DNA of 64,000 nt from Candidatus Methanomethylicia archaeon (GCA_038727515.1 JAVYVS010000002.1:192001-256000), one strand, 5' to 3'. Shown: positions 1 through 9,932, counted from the stretch's first letter. The notes: generated by a model from the letters alone, not told the origin. Made by a program: numbers and translations.

Positions 1-40
1 TCTTCTTCTTCCTATGGAATATCCTCCCAAATATGCTCAT
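1..40 (-). CDS. 5' end of an unidentified gene running off the window (MSIFGRIFHRKKK...)
   Basis: ATG at 40-38 on the minus strand, 47 nt downstream of the HAD gene stop, open to the window edge; too short to identify. Confidence 0.35.
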   Translation of the reverse strand, partial: MSIFGRIFHRKKK

Positions 41-87
41 TATATTCACTTCATCATCAAATTATATGGATATATTCAATTATAAAG

Positions 88-825
88 TTAATTATTTTTT
101 GCATTTAATTTTTCTTCAATTAATTTATTAGCTATCTCTATGAATCCATCTCCATAGGATTTGCTTGTTATTATCTTTGCAACTTTCTTCGCATTTTCAG
201 AAGCATTTGCAACTGCCACCCCTATTCCTGCTTCCATGAGCATTTCTACATCTACATCACTATCTCCAATTGCCAATACACTATCTCTATCCAGATTTAG
301 TATTTCCATAACTCTCTTTAGAGCTACCCCCTTATTCACCTTTTTATCTCCAATATGTATTGCTACTCCACTAAAAGTGATCTTTGCATTGGGTAGTTTT
401 TCACTAATAATCTTTAAAGTTTTGTTGTATGCATATTCCCAATCAATATTTCCTCTACGTTTAAAGGAGTAATCTACAATTCTATATTCACATTGCCAAC
501 TTTCAATCAATATATCATTTAACTCTTCTTTAACTATCCTTCTAGCTTCTTCACCTATCCTTTTATCTCCAAGAATTTCAATGTGATCTTCAAATCCTAT
601 TACTGCACCATTTTCAGCTACAACTAAATCTATTCCACCTATATATCTTGCAAGCCCCATTAATACTGGATATGCATTTCCAGAGGCTAAAACTACTTTA
701 ATTTTAAGTTTAGATTTTAATTCCCTCAATTTTTCCAATGCTTTTAAATCTAGTAATCCATTTTCATCGGTTATTGTTCCATCAATATCTACAACTATAC
801 AATTTATTTTTGAAAACATACTCAT
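88..825 (-). CDS. Cof-type HAD phosphatase (archaeal phosphoglycolate phosphatase-like)
   Basis: Motif I DIDGTIT, motif II LASGN, motif III/IV NKG...GDSDVD. Confidence 0.85.
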   Translation of the reverse strand: MSMFSKINCIVVDIDGTITDENGLLDLKALEKLRELKSKLKIKVVLASGNAYPVLMGLARYIGGIDLVVAENGAVIGFEDHIEILGDKRIGEEARRIVKEELNDILIESWQCEYRIVDYSFKRRGNIDWEYAYNKTLKIISEKLPNAKITFSGVAIHIGDKKVNKGVALKRVMEILNLDRDSVLAIGDSDVDVEMLMEAGIGVAVANASENAKKVAKIITSKSYGDGFIEIANKLIEEKLNAKNN

Positions 826-2714
826 TGTTTAATCCTCCAAATCATGATTTTTGACATGTATTCTGCAATTGGACAATTACTTTGACATTTACCACATCTT
901 ATACATTTCTCATTATTTATAGAGGGATGATCTTCAATTTTTATTGATTGTGTAGGGCATACATATTCACATGAATTACATTTTACACAGTACATTCCTC
1001 TAAGTATAGCCTTTAGTATATTGGTCATGTATTCCTCAGCTTTTTCTTCACTTTCAGTTATAATAGTTATTTGTCCATTTGATGTTAGTGTTGCATTTGC
1101 TTCTTTCATATTTACAGTTAAAATATTTAGTTTCTTTGAATATTTTACTTCTCCAATTATTGGTAGAACATCCTTTATAGAATCTAAATTTATCTTTACA
1201 TCTAGTTTTGCTTCTACACTGTATTTTCCTTGACATGGACTGTGCCCTATAATTTCAATTATTTTTGTGGGTAGTCTTCTTGAATCTACTTCTTCAATTT
1301 CCATTTTCATTTCTTTTGCCAATTTTCTCTGATCTCCTGGGATTTTAATCCATCTCCATAATCCCATATCAACCCATTCTCTACTATACCCTCTTTTCAT
1401 AGCCCATTCATACAGTTTATTTTCCCATTCACTCCATAGTTCTGGATGTACTTCTTTTACCAATTTAAATTCTGCAAGTTCACATGATGGACATAGCCAG
1501 CATCCAAGTCTATCAAATCCAATTTGGTATAGTGGGTTTGGATCTATTTTACTCCAAAATATGTATAGCCATACATGTAATGCAGACCAATCCATTATTG
1601 GACTTGCATTTATTGAATCTGGAAGCCATTTATTCTTCCATATACTTTGAGATTTAGCTCTAGTTAGAGATTCATATTTCCTTTGACCAACCAAGGTTAG
1701 TGAACCATTTGGATATTCATTTTTCATGGTTTTTAGTATTGGAATTAATTTACACATTTTACAACACCATCTATAATCTCTTGCAGGCGGTCCAAATATG
1801 TCCAAGGATTCCCAGAACGATTTTCCTGCATCTGCTTTTATCAATTCTATTCCTAATTTCTTTGAGATTTCATCTACATAACTTACTGTTTCAGGTAGTT
1901 CTAAACCTGTATCATTGAACAACATTTTCCCATCTGCTCCAGCCTGTATTGAGAGTATTAGTGTTGCTAAACTATCTTTACCACCTGAAAATGATATGCA
2001 AATCGGTTTATCATAATCTTTAGATACTTTAGATATGAATGCTATAGATCTCTTCTCTAAATTTTCTAGAGCATTTATATTTGCCTTTATGGCTTTTTGA
2101 ATATTTGATTTCTCCCTTATTATATGTGTGGTTTGAGGTTCCCATGCCTTTATAACTTTTATTTGATTGCCAATATATTCTCCTACACCTATGGATTTCC
2201 CTTCTTGTGTTCCAATAACTATGATTTTCCCCTCTTGATCTGGTATTTCCCCATCAATTACTTCTGATAAGCTTATTCTATCCCACTTTTCAATTCTACG
2301 CCTCTTAATTATACACCAGTATCCGGAGGCATTTGCAATTATCCTTGCAGATCCCTCTTCTACTGGTTTAAATCTCCATACTCCAATTTTTGGATTAAAG
2401 TATATTTGGCCTATTACTCTACCATCAATTATGATTTCATCAGCTTGATCTACGTGTGGTATCTTATTCAATAACACTATTTTATCCCTTTCAATTAATG
2501 TTTTTACAGCTTTTTCATCTTTAAATTCTCGTAGTATGGCTTTAATTATTCTCTTTATATCTTCTTGGAATGCTGGTCTAGCATCTATTGGTGGTGTTGC
2601 ATTTAATCTTCTACCAATTTCACCACATATTTCACATTTTGGAGTTATGAGTGGAACATTACAATTCTTACACCAATATATCTCTGCTTTTTCACGCCAT
2701 ATTCGATTCTTCAT
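822..2714 (-). CDS. PAPS-reductase-family (PP-loop) protein with N-terminal Zn-ribbon/PUA-like region and C-terminal 2x[4Fe-4S] ferredoxin domain
   Basis: SFSGGKDS PP-loop, RWCCKMCK, RLGCWLCP; N-terminal CxxC...CxxC; C-terminal CxxCxxCxxxCP twice; overlaps the HAD gene by 4 nt. Confidence 0.85.
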   Translation of the reverse strand: MKNRIWREKAEIYWCKNCNVPLITPKCEICGEIGRRLNATPPIDARPAFQEDIKRIIKAILREFKDEKAVKTLIERDKIVLLNKIPHVDQADEIIIDGRVIGQIYFNPKIGVWRFKPVEEGSARIIANASGYWCIIKRRRIEKWDRISLSEVIDGEIPDQEGKIIVIGTQEGKSIGVGEYIGNQIKVIKAWEPQTTHIIREKSNIQKAIKANINALENLEKRSIAFISKVSKDYDKPICISFSGGKDSLATLILSIQAGADGKMLFNDTGLELPETVSYVDEISKKLGIELIKADAGKSFWESLDIFGPPARDYRWCCKMCKLIPILKTMKNEYPNGSLTLVGQRKYESLTRAKSQSIWKNKWLPDSINASPIMDWSALHVWLYIFWSKIDPNPLYQIGFDRLGCWLCPSCELAEFKLVKEVHPELWSEWENKLYEWAMKRGYSREWVDMGLWRWIKIPGDQRKLAKEMKMEIEEVDSRRLPTKIIEIIGHSPCQGKYSVEAKLDVKINLDSIKDVLPIIGEVKYSKKLNILTVNMKEANATLTSNGQITIITESEEKAEEYMTNILKAILRGMYCVKCNSCEYVCPTQSIKIEDHPSINNEKCIRCGKCQSNCPIAEYMSKIMIWRIKQ

Positions 2715-2840
2715 TCTCCTTATACTCCAGATAATTTATTGTTTATCTAATATTTGAATTGTAATTTATCAATTGTTTTTGACTATTTTATCTAGGTTTT
2801 TAGTGTTAAATTTATGGTTTGTTTATGAGTTCATTTAAGT

Positions 2841-4082
2841 CTATTTCTTTTCATAGTATTTTAAAACCTTCTTTACTGCTTTAACTGTTTCTATGGTTTC
2901 ATCATCTGTTAATGATGGTTGTGTTGGTAAGGTTAATACCCTTTCACTAACATATTCTGCATTTGGACACATGCCCTTTCCATACCTTATAGTTTTATTA
3001 TAGTATTGACATTTCCATGGGCATCCCCTTCCATGTCCAATTAAATCTCTAAATATTGGCTCCATGTATAATGGTGTTGGATATGCTACTGATACATAGA
3101 CATTCTCCCTTCTTATGGCTTCATATATTTCATCTCTACTTTTACACAATCTCTCTATTTCTAGTAATATGTTATATATATGCCATACATGTTTAACATA
3201 TTTCTTCTCCATTGGCTTCTTTACAAGTTCAAATCCATTTAATTCATCATTATATATTTTGACTATTTCTCTCCTCCTCTCATTCAATTCTTCTATTCTC
3301 TTCAATTGTAGTAGTCCAATAGCTGCTTGTATTTCCGTCATTCTATAGTTGTATCCCAATGTTATATAGTGATATCTAGATATTTCTCCATGACTTCTCA
3401 TCAATCTAATTTTTTCAGCTAATTCATCATTATTTGTTGTAACCATTCCTCCCTCTCCAGTCGTTATATTTTTGCTAATGTAGAAGCTAAAGGCATTTAT
3501 ATCCCCTATACTTCCAACCTTTAAACCTCTATATTCAGCTCCAATTGCTTGTGCGCAATCTTCTATTAATACAATATTTCTTTCATTGCATATCTTCCTT
3601 ATTTCATCTAATTCTGCTGGTTGCCCACATAGATGTACTGCTATAACAGCCTTAGTTTTCTCATTTATTAACTTCTCTATACTCATTGGATCTATATTAT
3701 AATCTTCAATGTTTATATCTGCGAAGATCGGTATTGCATTTTGATGTATTATTGTTGATGCAGTTGCTATGAATGTGAAGGGTGTTGTTATAACTTCATC
3801 TCCAGGCCCTATTCCAGCTGCTCTTAGAGATAAATGTAATGCAGTAGTCCCATTGGATACTGCTATTGCATGTTTAACATTAATGTAATTCTTAAATTCT
3901 TCTTCAAATTCTCTTATCTTACTTCCTACACTCATAGTCCATCTTCCGCTTTTTAGAACTTTTACAATCTCATTTATTTCTTCATCAGTTAATTCTGGTA
4001 GAGCCATTATTGGTTTACTTCTAATGGGTTTTCCACCTTCTATGGCAGGTTTTTCTAATTCATACATTGATATCACTTTCAC
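2841..4082 (-). CDS. DegT/DnrJ/EryC1/StrS family PLP-dependent aminotransferase
   Basis: SNGTTALH, EDCAQAIG, SFYISKNITTGEGG (PLP lysine), GYNYRM. Confidence 0.9.
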   Translation of the reverse strand: MKVISMYELEKPAIEGGKPIRSKPIMALPELTDEEINEIVKVLKSGRWTMSVGSKIREFEEEFKNYINVKHAIAVSNGTTALHLSLRAAGIGPGDEVITTPFTFIATASTIIHQNAIPIFADINIEDYNIDPMSIEKLINEKTKAVIAVHLCGQPAELDEIRKICNERNIVLIEDCAQAIGAEYRGLKVGSIGDINAFSFYISKNITTGEGGMVTTNNDELAEKIRLMRSHGEISRYHYITLGYNYRMTEIQAAIGLLQLKRIEELNERRREIVKIYNDELNGFELVKKPMEKKYVKHVWHIYNILLEIERLCKSRDEIYEAIRRENVYVSVAYPTPLYMEPIFRDLIGHGRGCPWKCQYYNKTIRYGKGMCPNAEYVSERVLTLPTQPSLTDDETIETVKAVKKVLKYYEKK

Positions 4083-4183
4083 TAATATTTACTCTATTTC
4101 AGTTTATAACCTTTTTGACCTTATATTCCTAGGTTCTAATTTATAATTAAAATTATGGTTATTGTGTTATGTAAGATTTGATT

Positions 4184-4642
4184 TTATGATTCAATTCTAA
4201 AGTTTTCTTTTACTACACTTAATGCTATGCTTGTAACTGTTCTCTTTACATGTGGTATTGTTAATATTTCTTTTATTAGTTTATTTAAGTGTTCTCTATC
4301 CCTTAATTTTGCTATTACAGTTATATCAAATTCTCCAGTTACATCATATACACTCATATTTTCATCATATTTCGCAAGTATTTTTTCAATTTCAATTATA
4401 TGTGGGCCTTCAACTTGTAGCATTATTATTGCTGTTAAATCATAACCCATCTTTGAATAATCTATATCTACTGTGTATCTTCTTATAACTCCCTCTTCCT
4501 CTAATCTCTTTATCCTATTATATACTGTTCCAACTGATAGATTCATGGATTTCGCTATTTCTTTATATGTAATTTTAGAATTTTCTTTTAACATTCTTAA
4601 TATTTCCATGTCTATTTCATCAAATTTAACTTCTTTTTTCAT
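4184..4642 (-). CDS. Lrp/AsnC family transcriptional regulator
   Basis: N-terminal HTH (DEIDMEILRML...VYNRIKRLEEEGVI) and RAM domain (VYDVTGEFD); abuts the glutamine synthetase gene. Confidence 0.92.
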   Translation of the reverse strand: MKKEVKFDEIDMEILRMLKENSKITYKEIAKSMNLSVGTVYNRIKRLEEEGVIRRYTVDIDYSKMGYDLTAIIMLQVEGPHIIEIEKILAKYDENMSVYDVTGEFDITVIAKLRDREHLNKLIKEILTIPHVKRTVTSIALSVVKENFRIES

Positions 4643-5946
4643 TATGCCTTCACCAAATACCTATTTATCTCCCAATCAGTTATATCTTCATCATTTAACT
4701 TATTGTTTAATATATAGTTTAGATATTCCCTCCATTCTTCCCTCTTCATCTTTACAATTTCATTATGTAGTTCCTCACCTAAAATTTCCATTGTCAATTT
4801 ACTATTCTCAAATATACTTAATGCTTCTCCAAGATTTGATGGTACTTCAGTGTATTTCCCACTGATTTTATATGCGTTTTCTCTACATGGCTCTCCAGGA
4901 TCTATTTTATTTATTATTCCATTTACTGTTGATACCATTACTGCCATTATCGCTAGGTATGGATTGCATGAAGGATCTGGATGTCTATATTCTATTCTAC
5001 ATGTTTCTTCGTCTATTGCTATTGGAACTCTTATTAATGCTGATCTATTACCATAACCCCAACAAATCTTGTTTGGGGCTTCATAATTGGGTTTTAATCT
5101 TTTATATGAATTTACTGTTGGTGCTACTAGTATTGAAATTTCTTTAGAGCTTTTTAGTATTCCTCCTATAGCGTATAGTGCTTCTTGACTTATGTTATCC
5201 TTGGATTTATCGTAAAAAATGTTTCCTTCTTCATTTAATAGACTTATATGGATGTGCATTCCACTTCCATTCATATTTTTAAATGGTTTCGGCATGAATG
5301 TAGCTTCAAATCCATATTTCCTGACAATATCTTTCGTGACCATTTTTGCTATTACAATATTGTCTGCTGTTGTTAGTGGGTTTGAAGCTTTTATTGAATA
5401 TTCATATTGTCCTTCAGCAACTTCGTGGTGTGTTTTTTCTAATTCTATGCCAATTCTATTTAATTTCTCCATTATCTTCAATTGTATTTTCTCTGATTTA
5501 GTATATGGTGCTACTTCAAAATATTGATCTTTATCAAATGTTTCCAAACCATTCTTCTTCCTTCTTATTATGAAGTATTCTATTTCTACCCCAATTTTAA
5601 ATTTCCAATTTTGTTTTTCAAATTTTAGAATGTATTCCTTTAATTTGACTCTAGGATTCTTTTGATATGGTTCTCCATTAGTTTTTTCTACGTCGCATAT
5701 CACTATTTCCATGGTTCTTCCCCCTACGTTTATAGTTTTTATGGTTCTTGGATCTGGTTTCGCTATTAAATCGCTTTCTTCAACTTTTGCATGCCCCTTT
5801 ATTGAAGATCCATCAAAACATATTTTGTTATAGGTTGATATATTGCCCCTTAATATTAGTCCTCTAGGTTTTCCCTCTATGTCTATTATTAATGGTTTGA
5901 AATATCTTCCTTTTCCTTCTTCAATTTTATTTAATTTTTCAAGCAC
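4642..5946 (-). CDS. glnA: Glutamine synthetase type I family protein
   Basis: FDGSSI, ESD, GVEIEY, HHEVAEGQYE, ATFMPKP, NGSGMHIHIS, NSYKRL, YEAP, NRSALIRVP, IEYRHPDP. Confidence 0.85.
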   Translation of the reverse strand: MLEKLNKIEEGKGRYFKPLIIDIEGKPRGLILRGNISTYNKICFDGSSIKGHAKVEESDLIAKPDPRTIKTINVGGRTMEIVICDVEKTNGEPYQKNPRVKLKEYILKFEKQNWKFKIGVEIEYFIIRRKKNGLETFDKDQYFEVAPYTKSEKIQLKIMEKLNRIGIELEKTHHEVAEGQYEYSIKASNPLTTADNIVIAKMVTKDIVRKYGFEATFMPKPFKNMNGSGMHIHISLLNEEGNIFYDKSKDNISQEALYAIGGILKSSKEISILVAPTVNSYKRLKPNYEAPNKICWGYGNRSALIRVPIAIDEETCRIEYRHPDPSCNPYLAIMAVMVSTVNGIINKIDPGEPCRENAYKISGKYTEVPSNLGEALSIFENSKLTMEILGEELHNEIVKMKREEWREYLNYILNNKLNDEDITDWEINRYLVKA

Positions 5947-6085
5947 AAATTATTTGTTGGTTCATTTAATTTAAGGTTTTTCATTTATTTTTTTCATTTT
6001 TCTCTTTTGGTTGGTGAATATATTTCATTTACCTTATCATTTTGTATGGTTACTTCCATTTTTATTGTTAAATCTTTTTTAAATG

Positions 6086-6448
6086 TTATTTTCTAGTTAT
6101 TCTTGGCTCTATTTCGAGTATTATCTTTTTCAAACCTTTGATGGTTACTTTACCTCCTTCTTCAATAACTTCTTCTCTTTCTGGAATTATTATTTTACCT
6201 TTGTACATGCCGCTTGGATTGTTTAAATAGAAAACTTGTAGTGTTAGTATAGCTATATTTAATTTTTTAGTTCCATATTCCATTAATAATTCTTTTATTT
6301 CTCCTAGGGATATTCCAGTTCTCTTTTGTAGAGATTTCATGATTTCATCTGGATTTTCATCCATAACTTCAAGTATATCACTTATATTTAGATCATGTTC
6401 CTTTAAGAAATCTTTTAATGCATCTCTCAACCTTATATACATCTTCAA
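6086..6448 (-). CDS. Hypothetical protein (120 aa), co-oriented downstream of folD
   Basis: Protein-like composition, fills the gap, 27 nt from the folD stop; no recognised motif. Confidence 0.65.
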   Translation of the reverse strand: MKMYIRLRDALKDFLKEHDLNISDILEVMDENPDEIMKSLQKRTGISLGEIKELLMEYGTKKLNIAILTLQVFYLNNPSGMYKGKIIIPEREEVIEEGGKVTIKGLKKIILEIEPRITRK

Positions 6449-6475
6449 AATAAGTAAAAATAATTTGGGTTTTAT

Positions 6476-7339
6476 TTATTCTTTGTTTATTTTACTTTGG
6501 ATCTTGACTGCTTTTACTAGGTTTTTCATTAGTATTGCTATTATCATTGGTCCAACTCCCCCCGGCACTGGTGCTATTGCTGATGCTTTTGCTGATACTT
6601 CATCCATTTTTACATCCCCCACTAATTTATCCCCTATGTAATTGAATCCACAATCTACAACCACTACCCCTTCTTTAACCATTTCTCCAGTTATTGCTTG
6701 AGGTTTTGCTATATCCACTATTAATATGTCTGCATCTTTTGTGTATTTTGTTAAGTTTGGTGAATTGTATTCGCAAAGTGTTACATCTGCGCCTTCATTC
6801 AATAGTAATGCTGCTAATGGTTTTCCAGTTAGATCCGTTACTCCCACTATTACTGCATGTTTACCATTAACTTTTACTCCATACTCCTTAAATAATTCCA
6901 TGATTCCCTCAGCTGCAGGCGATACTAAGCATTCCTCTTTTAAATATAGTTTTCCAATGTTTATTGGATGTATTCCATCTATATCTTTTTCAGGTTTTAT
7001 TGTTCTTAAAATCTTCTTTTCATCTATATGTTTTGGTAGTGGTAGTTGAACTACTATTCCATGAACATTTACATCTTCATTTAATTTCTCTATTACTTTT
7101 AATAATTCTTCTTCACTTACATCCTCTGGTAGGTTTATTATTTCTGATTCCATTCCAAGCCTCTTTGCTCTTCTAGCTTTCATATTAACATATGATGTGG
7201 AAGCTGGGTCTTTTCCAACTAATACTAGAGTTATTTTTGGTGTTAACCCCTTTTCCACGAGTTTTTTAACTTCTAATTTTAGTTCTTCAAATATTTTATT
7301 TGATAATGTATTTCCATCTAGTATTATTGGATTTTCCAT
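6476..7339 (-). CDS. folD: Bifunctional methylene-THF dehydrogenase / methenyl-THF cyclohydrolase (atypical cofactor-binding residues)
   Basis: YVNMK (YxxxK), HGIVVQLPLP, KDIDG, PVPGGVGPM. Confidence 0.92.
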   Translation of the reverse strand: MENPIILDGNTLSNKIFEELKLEVKKLVEKGLTPKITLVLVGKDPASTSYVNMKARRAKRLGMESEIINLPEDVSEEELLKVIEKLNEDVNVHGIVVQLPLPKHIDEKKILRTIKPEKDIDGIHPINIGKLYLKEECLVSPAAEGIMELFKEYGVKVNGKHAVIVGVTDLTGKPLAALLLNEGADVTLCEYNSPNLTKYTKDADILIVDIAKPQAITGEMVKEGVVVVDCGFNYIGDKLVGDVKMDEVSAKASAIAPVPGGVGPMIIAILMKNLVKAVKIQSKINKE

Positions 7340-9001
7340 TTATCTTACCCCTATTATTTCTCCTGTTTCTGGGTCTAAATCTATATTTTCTGCTGCTGGT
7401 TCTGTGGGTAATGCTGGTAGTGTGCTTATTTCCCCACAATATGCTACTAAGAATCCTGCTCCTGCAAATACTTTTACATCTGTTACTGTTATTTTGAATC
7501 CTCTTGGTCTTCCAATTAATTTTGGATTATCTGTTAGTGACAATGGTGTTTTCGCCATATTTACTGGTAGATTTGCATATCCCCATCTAGTTATTCTTCT
7601 AATACTTGTTTTTGCTTCATCTGTGAATATTACATCATCTGCTCCATACATCTCTCTAGCTATTATCCTTATCTTCTCTTCTATTGGTATGTTTAAGTCA
7701 TATAGTGGTTTAAATTCAGATTTTCTATTTTTAATGGTTTCTAAAATGGTATTTGCCAGTTCTATTCCTCCTTCTCCACCCTTTGCATACACTTCTGATA
7801 ATGCTACTGGTACATCCCTCTGTCTACACCAATCCATTACATACTTTATTTCTTCCTCTGAATCACCTTCAAATTTATTTATTGCCACTACTGCTGGCAC
7901 TCCAAATTTCAATACGTTTTCTACATGTTTTTCAAGGTTTTCTATACCCTTTTTCACTGCTTCTAGATTTGGATTTGTATGATCTTTTGCTCCTCCATGC
8001 TCTCTTAAAGCTCTTATACTAACAACTATTACTCCAACATCTGGTTTTAATCCTCCTATACGACATGGTATATCACAGAATTTCTCAAATCCAAGGTCTG
8101 ATCCAAATCCTGCTTCAACTATTACGTAATCTGCAATTTTAAGTGCCATTTTTATTGATATTAGACTTGGTGATCCATGGGCTACATTTGCAAATGGAAT
8201 TCCATGTACGAATGCAGGTGTCCCCTCCATTGTTTGAACTAAGTTTGGTTTTAAAGAATCTCTCATTATTGCAGCCATGCATCCAGCACATTTAATGTCG
8301 TTTGCTTTAACGAGTTTCCCATCCTTACTTAAAGCTACAAGTATATTTCCGAGTCTCTCCTTTAAATCTCTATAGTTACATGCTAATGCATGTATAGCTG
8401 CTGTTTCACATGCTGTTGTTATTTCAAATCCTGTTTCCCTCGGTATTCCCCCCTCTTTTCCACCTAAACCTATAACTATATTTCTTAAGGGTCTATCCTC
8501 CATGTCTTGTACTCTCTTTATGAATATGTTATGTATATCTATTTGTGGTTCCTTCCCCCTGTATATGTGGTTATCTAACATGGCATTCATTAAGTGGTGA
8601 GCCATGGTTATTGCATGTGTATCTCCTGTGAAATGTAGATTTATTTCTTCCATGGGTAATATTTGTGATCTTCCTCCACCAGTGGCTCCACCCTTTATTC
8701 CAAAGGTTACTCCCATGGAGGGTTGTCTAACAACAACTATATTTTTTAAATTCATTTTCCACATGGCTTGCCCTAATCCTATTGCAGTTGTTGTTTTCCC
8801 CTCTCCAGCTTTTGTTGGAGTTATTGCTGTTATCACGATTAGTTTTCCATCTGGTTTATCCTTATTTCTCTCATAAACATGTAATTTCACTTTTGCCTTA
8901 TAATCTCCATACAATTCTATATCTTCACGTTTCAAACCTATTTTTTCAGCTACTTCTGTTATGGGTTTTAAATTGATTTTCTGACTCATCTCTATCACCA
9001 C
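7340..9001 (-). CDS. fhs: Formate-tetrahydrofolate ligase (divergent)
   Basis: TPTKAGEGKTTT, FGIKGGATGGG, INLHFTGD, KPNLVQT, PFANVAHG, EAGFGSDLG-EKF. Confidence 0.92.
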   Translation of the reverse strand: MVIEMSQKINLKPITEVAEKIGLKREDIELYGDYKAKVKLHVYERNKDKPDGKLIVITAITPTKAGEGKTTTAIGLGQAMWKMNLKNIVVVRQPSMGVTFGIKGGATGGGRSQILPMEEINLHFTGDTHAITMAHHLMNAMLDNHIYRGKEPQIDIHNIFIKRVQDMEDRPLRNIVIGLGGKEGGIPRETGFEITTACETAAIHALACNYRDLKERLGNILVALSKDGKLVKANDIKCAGCMAAIMRDSLKPNLVQTMEGTPAFVHGIPFANVAHGSPSLISIKMALKIADYVIVEAGFGSDLGFEKFCDIPCRIGGLKPDVGVIVVSIRALREHGGAKDHTNPNLEAVKKGIENLEKHVENVLKFGVPAVVAINKFEGDSEEEIKYVMDWCRQRDVPVALSEVYAKGGEGGIELANTILETIKNRKSEFKPLYDLNIPIEEKIRIIAREMYGADDVIFTDEAKTSIRRITRWGYANLPVNMAKTPLSLTDNPKLIGRPRGFKITVTDVKVFAGAGFLVAYCGEISTLPALPTEPAAENIDLDPETGEIIGVR

Positions 9002-9035
9002 TACTAATGTTCTTACTACCTTATTGTTGTGATTA

Positions 9036-9050
9036 CATATATAAAGTTAA
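9036..9050. promoter_or_regulatory. Putative overlapping divergent TATA boxes for fhs-folD and mtd
   Basis: CATATATAAAGTTAA reads TATATAAA on + and TTTATATA on -, near the centre of the 64-bp divergent gap. Confidence 0.45.
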
Positions 9051-9065
9051 GGCAGTAGATATTTT

Positions 9066-9932
9066 GTGGTGTTTTATATGGGTGTTGATAAGGTTAGAAT
9101 TGCAATTGTTAAGTATGGTTGTATAGGGAGTTCACCATTGCTAGAGATTATGCTTGATGAAAGGGCTAATAGAGAGGATATAATTGTAAGAGTGTTTTCC
9201 ACTGCTGGTAAAATGGAGGTTGAAGATTGTTTATCTATAAGTGATTATGTAGTGTCTTTTAATCCACATTTAATAGTAAATGTAACTCCAAATGCTTCTT
9301 TGGAAGGTCCCACTAAAGGTAGGATGGATTTAAAGGAGAAACTTCCTAAGACACCTATAATTGTAATTTCCGATGATCCTGCACGTAAAGTTATTAAGGA
9401 TATGGAGGATGCAGGTTTTGGATATATTATTGTTAGAGCTGATCCTATGATTGGTGCTAGAAGAGATTTTCTAGATTCCACTGAAATGGCTTTATTTAAT
9501 GGATATCTACTTGTGATTTTATCTGCTACTGGTGTTGTTAGAATGCTTGTATCTGAAATCGATAAAGTTATTGAAGCTATTAAATCTGGTGTTGAAGTTA
9601 AACTTCCAAGGATTGTGGGTGATGCTCTTTTCGTTGTTGAGAATTATGGTGGATTTAAGAATCCTTATGCTAAAGCTAAAGCTATAGCTAGTTATGAAGC
9701 TGCAGCTAGAGTTGCAGCTCTATCTACTGCTGGATGTTATACCTTGAAGGAGAGGGAACAATATATTCCAATGGTTGCAGCTGCCCATGAACTTTTGAGG
9801 TATGCTGCTTTACTTGCTGATGAAGCTAGAGAGATAGAGAAGTATGGTGATAGTGTTTATCGTACTCCACATTTATCGAGTGGTGAAGTTAGATTTAAAT
9901 TTAAGTTGATGGAAGAAGCTAAAAAAGGTTAA
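9066..9932 (+). CDS. mtd: F420-dependent methylene-tetrahydromethanopterin dehydrogenase
   Basis: LDERANRED, DPMIGARRDFLD-EMALFN, F-NPYAKAKA, AAHEL, ADEAREIEK, RTPH match Mtd along the full length; start may be ATG 9078. Confidence 0.93.
   Translation: MVFYMGVDKVRIAIVKYGCIGSSPLLEIMLDERANREDIIVRVFSTAGKMEVEDCLSISDYVVSFNPHLIVNVTPNASLEGPTKGRMDLKEKLPKTPIIVISDDPARKVIKDMEDAGFGYIIVRADPMIGARRDFLDSTEMALFNGYLLVILSATGVVRMLVSEIDKVIEAIKSGVEVKLPRIVGDALFVVENYGGFKNPYAKAKAIASYEAAARVAALSTAGCYTLKEREQYIPMVAAAHELLRYAALLADEAREIEKYGDSVYRTPHLSSGEVRFKFKLMEEAKKG

Noticed and set aside
7197-7982. Long antisense ORFs (e.g. 7197-7982 +, 54694-55482 +, 41065-41511 +) and the many short shadow ORFs
   Set aside because: They lie opposite well-supported genes, have Ser/Ile/Phe-rich shadow composition and show no motifs.
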